From contig NC_058368.1 of assembly GCF_018350175.1 (NCBI RefSeq), positions 69,876,001 through 69,940,000 of the forward strand: a DNA stretch of 64,000 nt, written 5' to 3'. A program made the translations under genes and the position numbers. The DNA comes from Felis catus (Eukaryota). How positions within the stretch are numbered: the stretch's first letter is position 1; every line of letters starts with the position of its first letter. The notes below the pieces were generated by a model. The model was not told the DNA's origin. It did not search any database and worked only from the letters and a program-made list of their open reading frames with translations. Shown piece by piece: positions 1-12,050 of the stretch.

Positions 1-1944
1 CTTCAAGGCTTCCTTCCACAAAGAGCAACAAATATTTACTTTCTCAACTGATCAATACAGCAAAGCCAAAGGCACCTTTACTATTCAGGGACAGGAGCAA
101 GAGGAGAAAGAAAAGCCGCCTACCAGTTGGAGCCACTGAGGAAGTGAGTAACTCTTTGTACGTGACGCCTCTTCTTCTCTTTTTTTCTTTTCGAATTACC
201 TCTCAAGTAATGTTTGCTATGATGAGAGCGCATCAAACACAAGGAAACTCAAACAATACCTTTCTTCGGCTGACTCTCAGTTTGTCAGGAGTTCAGGAGG
301 CAATTTAACAACTATAACCACGCTACACGTAACTTCAAAAATTATCCTACGAGAAACTGCTCAAGATAACTGCTAACCAACGTCCAGCCCCCAAGTTCCG
401 GGTTACTTTTCATTTTTCCTCAGTGATTTATCACTGTAAATTCCTACCCGAAAAAAGTACTTGGTTCTTAAGTAGGAAATCATTCTAGGGGAACGTCCCA
501 AAGAGCTGCCTTCCCTGTTCATAACACGGGGTATTTAAGGAGCAGCGTCGGGCCAGGCGTCAAGGTTGCAAGGGGCAGGGAGCGAGCGGGGACCCCCCAT
601 GGCCCTCAGTCCCCAGCACACAATTCTCTAATGTGGGGCTCTGCCATGTGTCGCCACAACACCCCGGCGGCCATTCAACACCTGCTCCGTCTCCCCCCAC
701 AACCTGGCCAACCACCACAGAACCCATGGCCTTAACGGACACCGCCCCCACCTGCCCCCTCCCCCGGGTGGCACGCACTCAATTCCAGGCCGCGGGCTGG
801 GCCCACCAAACCTACAGCCACCAAATAAAACGCTTCTCCCAAGAGCTACACGGAGGCTCCCAGCAATGGTCCTATGCCCACACGATCCTAAGACTAGAAA
901 ATGGGGCACAAAGTGGAGACAAGCAGGTTGGCAGCCCGAGTTAGGGAAGTGGAGGTCACTGTTGGGGATATGGAAAAACAGGCATGTATTTACATCATCA
1001 CTGACTTACAGAGAGAGAACAGAAGGCACACTCTCCTGAAGGGAACAGGGCCTCGGGAGTCCTTCCCGGCGCCAGGGTGCTGCGAAGTCCTGACCGCGGA
1101 ATTCACATTGTACTCTTCCTGTTCATTCATTCATCTGTAACAACTGGAGAGAGGGACGTCCAGGTAGAGAGCGTCTACTCTGGTCAATCCTGAAATCCCA
1201 CTAAAACCATAATGAAAGGAGTTTTCTTAAAAGGCTAAGACTCTTGCCTACGAGGAGGGGAAAGAAGACCAAGAGCAATGAAATTCCAGAAGTGGGAAGA
1301 AAGATAGAAGGAGGGAGCGATGCTAAACTTGAGGTGGAGAGAGCAGAGAACCAAGCCCATTCGCAGCGCTGAATCCCCACAACTCAGGAACCGGCAGCAT
1401 CTAAAACAAGGAATCAAAGTCAATTAACAAAGTGGTTAGACACCCAGAAGGCCTTCCTCGCTCGGAGCTAGGCAGCTGCCCCGCCTTCCCAATCAAGGAA
1501 CTAGGGAAAGCACAGTCCCCAGAAAGGAAGCTGAGGGGGTATGGAGCCAGCAGCAGCAGACACAGCTGAGGACAGAGGCGGTGTGCTAAAAAACGGGGGA
1601 TCCAAGCTACCTGCACCCACACGCAGTCCGTCCCCTCCACCCAGTGCTCCGTGGGCATCAGGCCTCGGGAGGGAGAAGGGGTCGGCCCAGGGGAGCATCA
1701 GGTGTGGGCAATAAACGGTGCAGACAGGAGCAGGTCAGAGGCTTCTCCCGGAAGGTGAACTGCATAAAAAGCTGAAAGAAACTGACATCAGCCATTCCTT
1801 ACCTCTCGCGTCAATAGAACCACCCGGTATCACTGAGGTTGGAAAAGTTCCATTCAAGGGCTCAGATTTCCAACCAGCTCAATTGTTCCCCCACTCATAA
1901 ATACATTGGAAGGTGACCTCTACCATTAGAAATAAAAACCACAA

Positions 1945-2601
1945 GAGGCACCTGGGTGGCTCAGTTGGTTAAGTGTCTGACTTCAGCTCAGGTCGTGATC
2001 TTGCGGTTCATGAGTTCAAGCCCCGCGTCAGGTTCTGTGCCGACACCTCAGAGCCTGGAGCTTTGGCTTCTATGTCTGCCCCTCCACTGCTTGTGTGTTC
2101 TCTCTCTCCCTCTCAAAAATAAACACTAAAAAAGGAAAGAAAGACCACAAAAGGGGCACCTGCGTGGCCCAGTCGGTTAAGCATCTGACTCTTGATTTCA
2201 GCTCAGGTCACAAGCTCAGGGCTCATAACTCTGAGCTCTGTATGAGGCTCCATGCCAACAGTGTAGAGCCTGCTTGGGATTCTCTCTCCACACCACCCCT
2301 CATAAAAAAATAAATTAATTTTGGGGCGCCTGGGTGGCGCAGTCGGTTAAGCGTCCGACTTCAGCCAGGTCACGATCTCGCGGTCCGTGAGTTCGAGCCC
2401 CGCGTCGGGCTCTGGGCTGATGGCTCAGAGCCTGGAGCCTGTTTCTGATTCTGTGTCTCCCTCTCTCTCTGCCCCTCCCCCGTTCATGCTCTGTCTCTCT
2501 CTGTCCCAAAAATAAATAAACGTTAAAAATAAATAAATAAATAAAAATCAATTAATTTTAAAAAAAGGTTAAAAAAAAAAAAAAAAAACTGAAGACCACA
2601 A
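1945..2601 (+). mobile_element. Three nested Can-SINEs (1945-2140, 2153-2590, young SINEC_Fc 2323-2549)
   Basis: GGGGC(G/A)CCTGGGTGGC-like heads, (CT)n, AATAAA and A tails; TSDs AAGACCACAA (2141/2592) and AATTAATTTT (2313/2550). Confidence 0.93.
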
Positions 2602-3537
2602 CCAACAAGAGGGGAGAAAGGGCTGTGGAGGAAGATCTATTCTGAGCAGATGTAACTGCAATTAACATACCCAAGGAGGTAAGAGCAAATATTTCAACTG
2701 AAACAATAAAAGAACATTCAGAGAACCAAAAAGAGCTCTTAGAATTTAAAAAACAAGAGCAGAAATACTCATTTAAAAGAGCTAGAAGAAAAAGCTGAAA
2801 CAATATCCCAGAAAGCCAAGTAAAAAAGACAAAGAAATAGAAAATAGGTTTAAAAGCGTAAAACTACCAGTTCAGGAGGTCCAACGTCCAGATAAGAATT
2901 TAAGGACAAGAGAACACAGAAAGACGTGAGCTGCCTGATTTAAAGGGCTTCCTGCACGAAGGCATGTTATTTGTGAAAACTGAGATCACCAAGAAAAAAT
3001 TCAGATCCTATTAGGCTCAGGAAGAACCGAAGAGCTCACCTACACAGAATCCAGTACTGGTGTGGCACTGAGTACTTCGACAGCAACAATGAAAGCTAAA
3101 ACACAGTGGAGAAATGCTTTCAAGATCCTGGAGGAAAATAATTTCCACCCTATGACCATGCCAAAATACAAATGGAGAGGAAAAGAAAAAGAAACTTTCA
3201 GATACCCAGGACCTCAAAAAACCCATCTCCCTTGTACCATAGTCACAGAAAGGCCCCTCAAGATATGTTCCACCCACAGCGTGAACCAGGACAGACAATG
3301 ACGGGAGACACAGAAAACAGGCCGCCGGGAGCAGCGCGGGGAATCCCACGTATGAAGGGAGAGAAGACCCGCGATACCAGAAGAGGATCAAGTGTGGAAG
3401 ACCACCAGTCTACAGGGAGGTCAGAAGGCTCTCAGGAAGAGTTCTCCAGGAAGGTGACATGGATAGCCTGTCCGTCTGGCTCTACTTGAACTTCCGCAGG
3501 GAAGATTTCAACAACTGGTTGAATAACCTATAAATAC

Positions 3538-3910
3538 TGCTACAGACTCAATGTCTGTGTCCTCCCAAAATGCGTATGTTGAGCCCCAGTGCCCTATGGG
3601 ATGGTACTAGGAGGTGGGGGGTCTTTGGGGTGATCAGATCATGAAGGTAGAGCCCCCAGAATTGGGACAAGTGCCCTTAGAGAAGAGCCCAGACAGCTAG
3701 CTCCCTCACCCCCTCTGCCACGTGAGGACACAGCCAGACACAGACCATCCATGACCCAGGAAGGGGCGGGCCCTCACCAGACACAGAATGTTCCAGAGCC
3801 TTGACCTGGGACTTCCAAGGCTCCAGAACTGTGAGAAATAAATGTTTGTTGTTTAAGCCACCCAGTCTATGTACAGTACAGTAGGGTGTTACAGCAACCC
3901 AAACTAAAGC
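3538..3910 (+). mobile_element. MaLR solo LTR (MLT1A/MLT1A0-like)
   Basis: Starts TGCTACAGACTCAATGTCTGTGTCCTCCCAAAA; contains CTCCAGAACTGTGAGAAATAAATG and AAGCCACCCAGTCTATG typical of MLT1A. Confidence 0.85.
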
Positions 3911-5584
3911 GATTATTTAAAAAAAAAAAAAAAAAAAAAAAACTTTCAGAAAAGATTTGAAAAGGAATCCTGGTTTCCTAATGGCTGGGCTGGGAATAGG
4001 GTTCCAGTCACCCTAATCTAAGCAAAGTTACAATGTAACTACACTGGGGAAGGGGGAGAGAGGTGCACAGGTGCCTGAAGGAGGCAAAAACTAAAGCCTC
4101 ACTTCAAGTCTAAAGTCCACAGGTAATGCCCAAAACTGGAAGGAAAAAAAAAAAGTAACAGCAATTTTTAAATGTTCTTTATAAACAAAGTGGAAACAAC
4201 AATCAGCTAAGAGAGATCAAAGGGGCTGGGGGGGGGAGGGGAAGGCCAGGGGCAGGGAAGTGCTGTCTTCCCAAATAAACCTTATAAAGCCATTTGACTC
4301 GAAATCATGTGCACAACCTTTTAAATAAAAACTAAACAAAAACCCTAAATAACTAAAAATAAAAGAAAGAATCTGGACCTATACGGTCCTTTCGAATCTC
4401 AGGGCCTAAAAATCTTTTTAAAAATAGTAAGAGGCTTAAAATAATAGGAACACAAACACCAGCTACATATTTCGTAAGCATTAATACAAAACTCAAAATG
4501 TTCCCACAGTTTATTCAGATACCAAGGGGCACTTGCACAGATAAGGTTCCTTGTACTGACCATGAACCCTCAAGAAAACATAACAACCCTCAAGAAAACA
4601 TAATGGAAGGTCTCTAAAGTCAACAATGCTGTTCCCAGGGGTAGGGCAAACCAGTGCCTTTGTAATCCACAATCTGGGATGTTTTTATACTTTGTAGCAA
4701 GCAAAGGTACATCTTGTTTTATTTTTCTTAATCTGAACCTTGGAAACCAGGGAGCCATTTATGATTAGGAAACTCCATACTCACTCCAGGAACCAGGTAT
4801 TATAGTAGCCATGTTCTTTTTCCCAAAAGCATTTGGCACTAAGAGTTTTAAACATATTGCACTGCAAAAACATGAACGATGGGAAATGACTGGCCCAAGG
4901 ACAGCAGTTGACCCTAAACAGCAATAGAGGAATAAGAGAGTGCAACCTGTTTCCGGCACTCAGTCCTGCTACAAGGTTCCATTAATGATAACAATGCGGG
5001 GCTAAAGCATTAAAAAAAAAAAATAAAAAACCACAAGGGTTGGGTGGGTGTGGTCCATTTCCTGCAGGTACCGAATTCCCAAGCAGGCAACTCTGAATCA
5101 CTGGGAGACTGCACACGGAGCGCCAAGGGGCATGTTTCTCAAGAGACCCTCAGGATCCTGGACCCTGGCTTCAGGATGTCTGTAAAAATACACTAGAAAA
5201 AAGCAGCAAGTGCCAATGGGCTCATTTCTTCAGTCACTCCTTACACTACATCTTGCACCAAGGTCCTAGAAATACCATTCAACTGGAAAGCAATGTCAAC
5301 GCGTATCAAATACGCGCTCTCGGCTGTGCACATGAGAACAGGGGCTCCAAGAGGAGCAGAAGAATTCTATTACATAAAGGAGCAAGAAAGCAAGGATGGA
5401 GGCCGCCTGCCCGTGCAACAGAGGGGACGCTGTGCGTGTTAGCAGCCTAGAAAAACCCAACCTGACCAATTTCTACTGGAAGGTCATTTCGTTCTATGTG
5501 AAATACTATCAGGAACATTCCCCTACCTGTAATTACAACCAAGATGTCCTGGACTCCTCCCAGTTATATATTTAATTTTAATTT

Positions 5585-5785
5585 TTTTTTTTTTTGGGGG
5601 GGGACAGAGAGAGACAGAGCATGAACGGGGGAGGGGCAGAGAGAGAGGGAGACACAGAATTGGAAACAGGCTCCAGGCTCTGAGCCATCAGCCCAGAGCC
5701 TGACGCGGGGCTCGAACTCCCGGACCGCGAGATCGTGACCTGGCTGAAGTCAGACGCTTAACCGACTGCACCACCCACGCGCCCC
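5585..5785 (-). mobile_element. Young SINEC_Fc
   Basis: Near-consensus body with CpGs retained; TSD TATTTAATTTTAATTTTT at 5569 and 5786. Confidence 0.95.
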
Positions 5786-6130
5786 TATTTAATTTTAATT
5801 TTTAAAAATCTTCTTACGACACTGCCCACCCAAAATACATTTTTAAACAAAACAAATCCTTAACGTTGTTCAATCCTGGTGATAGAGGAAAAGAGGGAAT
5901 ATAAAATATTCAAATGGGTATTAAAAAAAAACATATTTAGGCAACTAACAGTAACAGAAAACTGGCTTTATTTTCATTATTACCCTTAGCATAGAACAGA
6001 AAAAAGGATCAAAAGCAGGAGAGATGAGAGACAATAAAAAACTATTAAATGTTCACTGAGAATTCAAATTACCAAGATTTGAGATTAATCTTGCTAAAAA
6101 AAAAAAAAAAAAAAAGAAGTACACCTTGAT

Positions 6131-6459
6131 GGGCACCTGGCGGGTGGAGTGTACAACTCTTGATCTTACAGTTGTGAGTTCAAGCCCCATGGTGGGAGTA
6201 GAGATTACTTTAAAAAAATATATTTAAAAAAAAAAAATGTTTGCTGGTTTATTTTGAGAGAGAAACACCCACAAGGTGGGGAGAAGGACAGAGAATCTTA
6301 AGCAGGCTCCACACTCAGCGAGGAAGAGACCGATGGAGGTCCGCTCAATCGCTCAATCGCACGACCCGGGGATCATGACCTGAGCGGAAATCAAGAGCCA
6401 GCAAGAGTCAGACGCTCAACCGACTGAGTCACCCAGGCACTCCCAAAATAAAAAATGCT

Positions 6460-6490
<31 letters not shown>
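6131..6490. mobile_element. Short Can-SINE (+) with an opposite-strand Can-SINE (6236-6442) in its tail
   Basis: GGGCACCTGG...GTAGAGATTACTT short form followed by an inverted SINE ending CACCCAGGCACTCC. Confidence 0.8.
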
Positions 6491-6491
<1 letters not shown>

Positions 6492-7518
6492 ACCATGGCT
6501 ATCCTGTTGCCACCTGGACCTCCCATCGCTCAGTCCTATCCACCCCAACTCTGGCCAGCCTTCCAAGTGGCAACCGGCATGCTGCAGAACCCAAACCCTC
6601 CCACCTGCAGGAGAGAAGGATTCCTCAAGCTTGGGACAGCACTTTCCCTACTACAGCCAGAACGCAGGCCCCCTACCCCAGGGCCCGCTGCCTCCCCAGC
6701 TCTGGAGTCCAGGCTAGCCCACAGGAGCCTGCTTTCCATCCCCACACCTGTCTGTGCCCTTTGTGTGTGAACAAAGGAGTGTGAACCTTTGCAGGCAGAC
6801 CACCCAGATCAGCTCGCCCGAGGCTGCTGACTTTCCAAGGACATGGCCGAAGGAGGTTCTCACCTCCCCCTCCCACAACTCCTGGCACCACTCCAGAGAA
6901 ACGTGTTGCACGAATGTGGGCTCCCTATCTAGTCCAGCGTTCCAAGGCCCTAGACCACATTGCACACTTCAGCATCTTGCTCAAGGTGCTTTCAGAAGCT
7001 CAATCTCATAACTACCCTGAATGTCCGCACACTGTAACAAGCCAACCTTTCCCCACGGTACAGATGGCAACAGGCTGAACGTGGAGAGGCCTCTTCCATG
7101 GAAACAGGAAAAAAAATAAAAAATAAAAAGTAACTATGGAAATGTGACACTAACAAGAAAAAAAAATGCAAGAGCACTTAAGCCACAATTAAATGCAGCT
7201 GTCCTTCTGTTTTCCTTCATTTCCCAGATTTCCAGGGCACACAGGTTTCCCCAGGGGTAAGCAAGAGCACTGCAGAAAAGCTCCCAACTCATCCAAACTG
7301 ACAAGTAACTGTTCTGCTCACTATCCCAACATAAAGGAGCATTCTCAGCAAAGGAGAGGGAGAGAGGGAAGCAGGATGACATTGACGAGTAGAAACTAAG
7401 TTTTTGGGCTACTCCTGTAAACCGTCTATACTTTCAAATATGGAAATACCTTAAATTAACAACATCCTCAAAACGTGCATAAGTTAACTCAGCTCTCCTA
7501 CACGTGACCCTACCTAAT

Positions 7519-8100
7519 TCAGTATTTTTCAAACCTGGGTCAAACCAATCAGCTGTGAAATCAACTTAGTGTTGCAACCAGGTTTTTTTTTTTTCTTTTT
7601 TTTCTTTTTTTTTTTTTTAACAAAATACATCACACAACAGTGTATCACAAGTAGTAAGGATCAGGACACTGTCTCCTGAAACTTTTGTTTCAGATCTTGA
7701 CATAAAATATACTTCTGGGGCGCCTGGGTGGCTCATTTGGTTAAGCATCCAACTTCAGCTCAGGCCAAGATCTCACAGTCCGTGGGATGGAGCCCCGAGT
7801 CAGGCTCTGTGCTGACAGCTCAGAGCCTGGAGCCTGTTTCCGATTCTGTGTCTCTCTCTCTCTCTCTGCCCCTCCCCCGTTCATGCTCTGTCTCTCTCTG
7901 TCCCAAAAATAAATAAATAAATAAAAACGTTCAAAAATTAAACAAAAACAAACATTAAAAAAAAATCAGATTCTGTGTGTGTCTCTCTCTGCCCCTCCCC
8001 AACTTGTGCTCTCTCAAAAAATAAACATTAAAAAAGATTTTTTAAATAAAAAAGATATACTTCTTATGTGTGTCACAAAACAGAAAAGCTTAGAATACAG
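7519..8100. mobile_element. hAT-Charlie MITE relic split by a SINE
   Basis: CAGTATTTTTCAAAC start; GTAGTAAGG...GAAACTTTTGTTTCAG internal motif recalled from Charlie-type MITEs. Confidence 0.55.
7717..8055 (+). mobile_element. Can-SINE with duplicated 3' half (chimeric)
   Basis: One head (7717), two GATTCTGTGT-(CT)n-AATAAA-A tail modules (~7842 and ~7969), single outer TSD ATATACTTCT. Confidence 0.85.
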
Positions 8101-8563
8101 ATATAAATCTGTAATTCAAAATCTAATTCTTTTTTATCCACTTAGGCTAACTAAAGCTTGCTTTTCTTCAAATCTGAATTACACTGATTGAAACAACAAA
8201 TGTTCAAGGACACGGAGTACGTTCATCCACAAATCAACCTAATTTCTTTATGTCTATTTGTAGTTACTACATTCAGTTCATGACTTTTTATTTTCTCCCC
8301 TATGCTAATAGGAAACTGGGGTGTGGGAGGTAAAAAACGAAACCCTAGCAACCTTCATGAAACACATTGAAAATATTAACTCATTCAGATGTCCAGTCCT
8401 CAACTCCTCACCTGGGACCTGGCACATGCGTGTTGAATAACGGTTCCTAATGGAATAAAATATCAACCTCGTATTTCTAATTTCTCGTATTTCTTCAGCA
8501 AACCCAAATCGAAATGAAAAGAACCTTTAATGCTTGCAAAGTTAATAATAAAGCAACAATACA

Positions 8564-8763
8564 GGGGCAGCTGGGTGGCTCAGTCGGTTAAGCATCCGAC
8601 TTCAGCTCAGGTCATGATCTCACGGTCCAAGAGTTCGAGCTCCACATCAGGCTCTGTGCTGACAGCTCAGAGGCTGGAGCCGGGTTCACATTCTGTGTCT
8701 CCCTCTCTCTCTGCCCCTCCCCCACTCGCGCGTATGCGTGTATGCGTGTGTGTGGGTGTGTGT

Positions 8764-8799
<36 letters not shown>

Positions 8800-8820
8800 A
8801 AAAAATATTTTTAATAAAAA
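8564..8820 (+). mobile_element. Can-SINE
   Basis: 20-bp TSD AATAATAAAGCAACAATACA at 8544 and 8821. Confidence 0.95.
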
Positions 8821-8834
8821 AATAATAAAGCAAC

Positions 8835-9005
8835 AATACAGCATGATGAGTAGAAGTATGGTCTTGGAGACAGGAAAGATCTCTTCAAATCACACATTTG
8901 CCAAATATACTACCTCACCTTGGTCAGTTCAATTAGTCTCTGTTGGCCTCCACCTCTAGAAAAATGGCATAAATAATACCTATGCCTCAAGAGGTTCCAA
9001 TAAAA
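8835..9005 (+). mobile_element. MIR relic
   Basis: Degenerate MIR core: TTCAAATC...ACCTTGGTCAGTT...AAAATGGCATAAATAATACCTA. Confidence 0.6.
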
Positions 9006-9139
9006 ATCTAGAAGGCACAAAAACGATTTGCAAGACAAGGAAAGATGATGTTTACACTAAAACGTCCTTTCATTCAGGTTTACTTTTTAAGTATCTTTAG
9101 GATACTTAAATTCAGGCTGCCTGAGTTCACTCTGCAGTC

Positions 9140-9265
9140 TGAATTTTTTTTTTCAGTAGGTCCCACGCTCAGTGTGGGGTCCAAATTGGGGGTTGAACTC
9201 ACCACCGTGAGATCAAGACCTGAGCTGAGATCAAGAGTTGGACACTTAAACCAACTGACCCCTCT
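9140..9265 (-). mobile_element. Partial Can-SINE
   Basis: GACCTGAGCTGAGATCAAGAGTTGGACACTTAA motif. Confidence 0.8.
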
Positions 9266-9950
9266 CTGAAATGTTTAACCCAACTCCTTATAAGCTCTGT
9301 TCACAAGATGAGAGAGAAGAAAAGGGAGGGATGGAATGTATCAGGACAGGGCACAGAGGGGTTAGTACTTCTCTCTTGTTTTATCCCAGAGAATAGTCAA
9401 AGGCGGGTGTGCCTTTCCCTTAATCCTCAACAATTTAAGGAAAGCCTCCCTGGGCAGCAGCAACGGCTAATTCAAAGTAGAAACTAAATGTGTTTGTTGT
9501 TTTTCTTTTTGGGAGAAGGGAGAGGAAAGGAATGTTCTTCCCCAAAAGGCACACTAAAAACAATTACACAGTTTGCAAATGTGCTTAAGTACCGAAATGT
9601 CACAGGCCACCTCTGCACACCCCCCAAAACTGTGACAGCTGAAAATTCGGTGGTCTCCACCAAACAAAAACAGTTTCCTTGTAACAGAAATTGACCTTCT
9701 CTTTCCAAGATGTTGGCCCACACTCTCCAAGACAAAAAAAGGAAAAACTGACAAAAAGAAGTGTTGAGAACAGACAGCCTTGGGGGACCATCCGATACTG
9801 ACTTCATGGCACCAGCCAGCAGGGCTTTTAAGTACCTCTTTAAACTGATTCGCTTTCCACAAAGGCCCCATGCCTCCACTGTAAACTCTAAGTGAGGCAT
9901 CTCTACCAGATTACAAACTGATTAACACTGTCAGTCTAAAGGAAATACTG

Positions 9951-9982
<32 letters not shown>

Positions 9983-11620
9983 CACGTTTTTAACTCAAGA
10001 GGTCCTTCTTGCTCTACTGGTCAGGAATAATTTTTCACCCAGTTCACCCTGCCTTCCTGCCTCTCAATTCCAACCAAACTAAAGCAGGAACTTTAGGAAA
10101 TACCAAAAAAAACCACATCTGATTTTTACCTAGCAGTCAGCAGAAGCCTAGATTTGAAATGCCTGCTGAGTTTAAAAGATCTTTAAATGAGATTCAAGGA
10201 CAGTTTTCTTCCAGTACACTCTTAAAGTATTAACTTTGTTACTCCTTTAAAGAAAAAAAAAACCAAACACACACATACCTCACGCTAAAATTCTGGTAGC
10301 TTTGTGTTCCTAGTTTTCTAGATTTCAAACCTGAACAATGAAATCCAGCTTTCTTTTTATGGTTACAGAAAGGGGGTGGGGATGATAGGTCTCATAAGAT
10401 GGGGCAGATTCAATTCTCAGCCCCTAACATGCCAGGTCTAAACACCGCACTTCTCAGCCCTAACAAGCAAGGGAAGAAGAAAAAATGAGACCGCGGATGT
10501 CTGTAAAATAACAAATAATCCACTTGGATACCGTGGTTGTTTTTTTAAAGCTCTTCATGCTCACTCGCTAAACTAAAACTGGGGCAGCAATAAAGACCTA
10601 CTCTCACTGTTATCATGAGATTTTAATCCTAATTATTTTACCACCATTTATGTGCCTACAAATAAGATAAATTAACGAGAGCCAAGTGGTTTTGTTTTTC
10701 AAAAGGCTAAAAACAGTCCCCAAAGGCGAAAAAAACTTTACTGTGTTCGCGTACTTTTGAAATTCAACTTCTCCCCCGTCCAAAAAAAGTCACTGGTAAG
10801 CCAAGATACCACAGAGTAGCAACGGAGAGATTTACTGGGAAGGAGCTCGTCTGGATCCAATCAAGTCCCCAAGTGAAAGCCCAGTGTCCTGAGATCGGGC
10901 GGGTCAGCCTCGGCTCGGGACAACCGGAGTACACGCTGTCCGACTGATTCCTCCTTCCAGAAGGTTTGCAGGCTCGCACTTTCCCCTCAATTGGCCCCAG
11001 AAGGAAAGGCGCGGAGCAAAGGCGCTGGGAAGCGGGGCTTGGCGGTCACACCTTCCCGCACCCCGCCCTGCCTCCTCCGCCCGGCCCGGCCCAGGACGAG
11101 TCGGGGCGCGCCCGGGGCTCCCCTCCCGTCTCTCAACTTTATCGCCTGCTCGCGGGGAAACGGGGCCTCCACCGCCCCCCGCCCGCGCGCAGGGCCCACA
11201 GACCCGGCCGGGGCCTCCAAGGGCATTTCCCCCCCATCACTTCTCCCAGGGACCGGGCCGGCGCCAGGCCTGCGGCTCGGGAGGCGGCGTGCGGAGAGGC
11301 CGGCGGGGACGGCGAAGCGGCCGGCTCCCCCACATCCCTGCCCGACTGCCCCGGCTCCCGGCCAGCGAGGGCGCCTCCAGGCCGCGGCCCCTATGTCCCT
11401 GCACCCCCCCCCACCCTCCCCAGTCCCCGAGCCCCTCAGCCTCCGAGCTCCCGGGCCGCGGCGCCGGGCAGGGGCGCCCTGAGGGCTGGAGCGCGGCGCG
11501 GGAGGCCGGCGCGACCCCGGAAGGGGCAGCGTGGGGGGGCCGTGTTTACACCGCCAAGTTCCCCGCTTCCGCCCCGGCCCGCGCATCCCTCCCTCCCCTC
11601 GCGGCCCGGCTCCTACCTAC

Positions 11621-11662
11621 CTGCATGCCGGGCAGGCCCGACTGCACCGGGGAATGAGCCAT
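11621..11662 (-). CDS. STK24: First coding exon of serine/threonine kinase 24 (MST3 isoform a), 14 codons MAHSPVQSGLPGMQ; the rest of the gene lies left of the window
   Basis: Minus strand reads ccgccATGG (strong Kozak context) then GCT CAT TCC CCG GTG CAG TCG GGC CTG CCC GGC ATG CAG, followed by donor GTAGGT (11620-11615, phase 0). The peptide matches the N-terminus of STK24/MST3a as I recall it (continues NLKADPEELF in exon 2). Lies in a CpG island. Too short for the ORF track. Confidence 0.95.
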
Positions 11663-12050
11663 GGCGGTCAGGACGGCCACTTCCTGGGACGGGACGGCCG
11701 GGCCGCGGCGATCCACGCGGGCGACGAGGCCCGCGGGCCGCGCGCAGCCCTCGGGCGGCGGGGGAGGCCGGCCGAGCTCGAGTCCGGCCTCGGCGCGGGG
11801 ACCGGCCTGAGTCCGAGGCCACCCCAGCCCCGGCGGGTCCCGGGCCGGGCGGCGGGCTCAGCGGCGAGCGGCGGGCCGCGTCTCCATGCACCGCGCCGGG
11901 GAGGGGCTGCGAGGGGCGCGGGGACTCGCCGCCGAGCTGCCGCTATCGCCGCCGCCGCAGCTGCTCGGCTGGAGCCCGGCGGCCTGGGCCCGCGCGCGCT
12001 GGCCGCCTGGAGCCGGAGTGGGCGCGCACAGCCCGCCGAGCCCGCGAGCG
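11663..12050 (-). other. STK24: GC-rich 5' UTR of STK24 exon 1 (TSS position approximate)
   Basis: Contiguous with the start codon inside the island; GC-box cluster lies just upstream (12060-12130). The exact TSS cannot be read from sequence. Confidence 0.65.
11858..11887 (-). other. Upstream ORF METRPAARR-stop in the STK24 leader
   Basis: ATG at 11887 (tgcATGG), TGA at 11860-11858; the only upstream ATG between 11663 and ~12100. Confidence 0.6.

Larger units (their letters stand above)
1150..4370 (+). mobile_element. HAL1 (half-L1) relic, near full length, interrupted by three SINEs and an MLT1A LTR
   Basis: ORF 3062-3301 STATMKAKTQWRNAFKILEENNFHP resembles the L1/HAL1 ORF1p C-terminus; no ORF2 follows. 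The 5' part (~1190-1400) and 3' end (GGGGCAGGGAAGTGCTG...AATAAAA, 4249-4330) resemble the recalled HAL1 consensus. Confidence 0.7.
1..11620 (-). other. STK24: STK24 intron 1 (5' part)
   Basis: Follows the GTAGGT donor; I did not find exon 2 (NLKADPEELF) or the MST3b alternative first exon in this stretch. Confidence 0.85.

Noticed and set aside
2323..2400. tRNA-like A/B boxes (GTGGCGCAGTCGG, GTTCGAGCCC)
   Set aside because: tRNA-derived SINE heads, not tRNA genes.
4565..4603. 20-bp-period tandem duplication (also short ones near 24733 and 45914; palindrome at 14244-14261)
   Set aside because: Real but ordinary slippage products with no functional hint.
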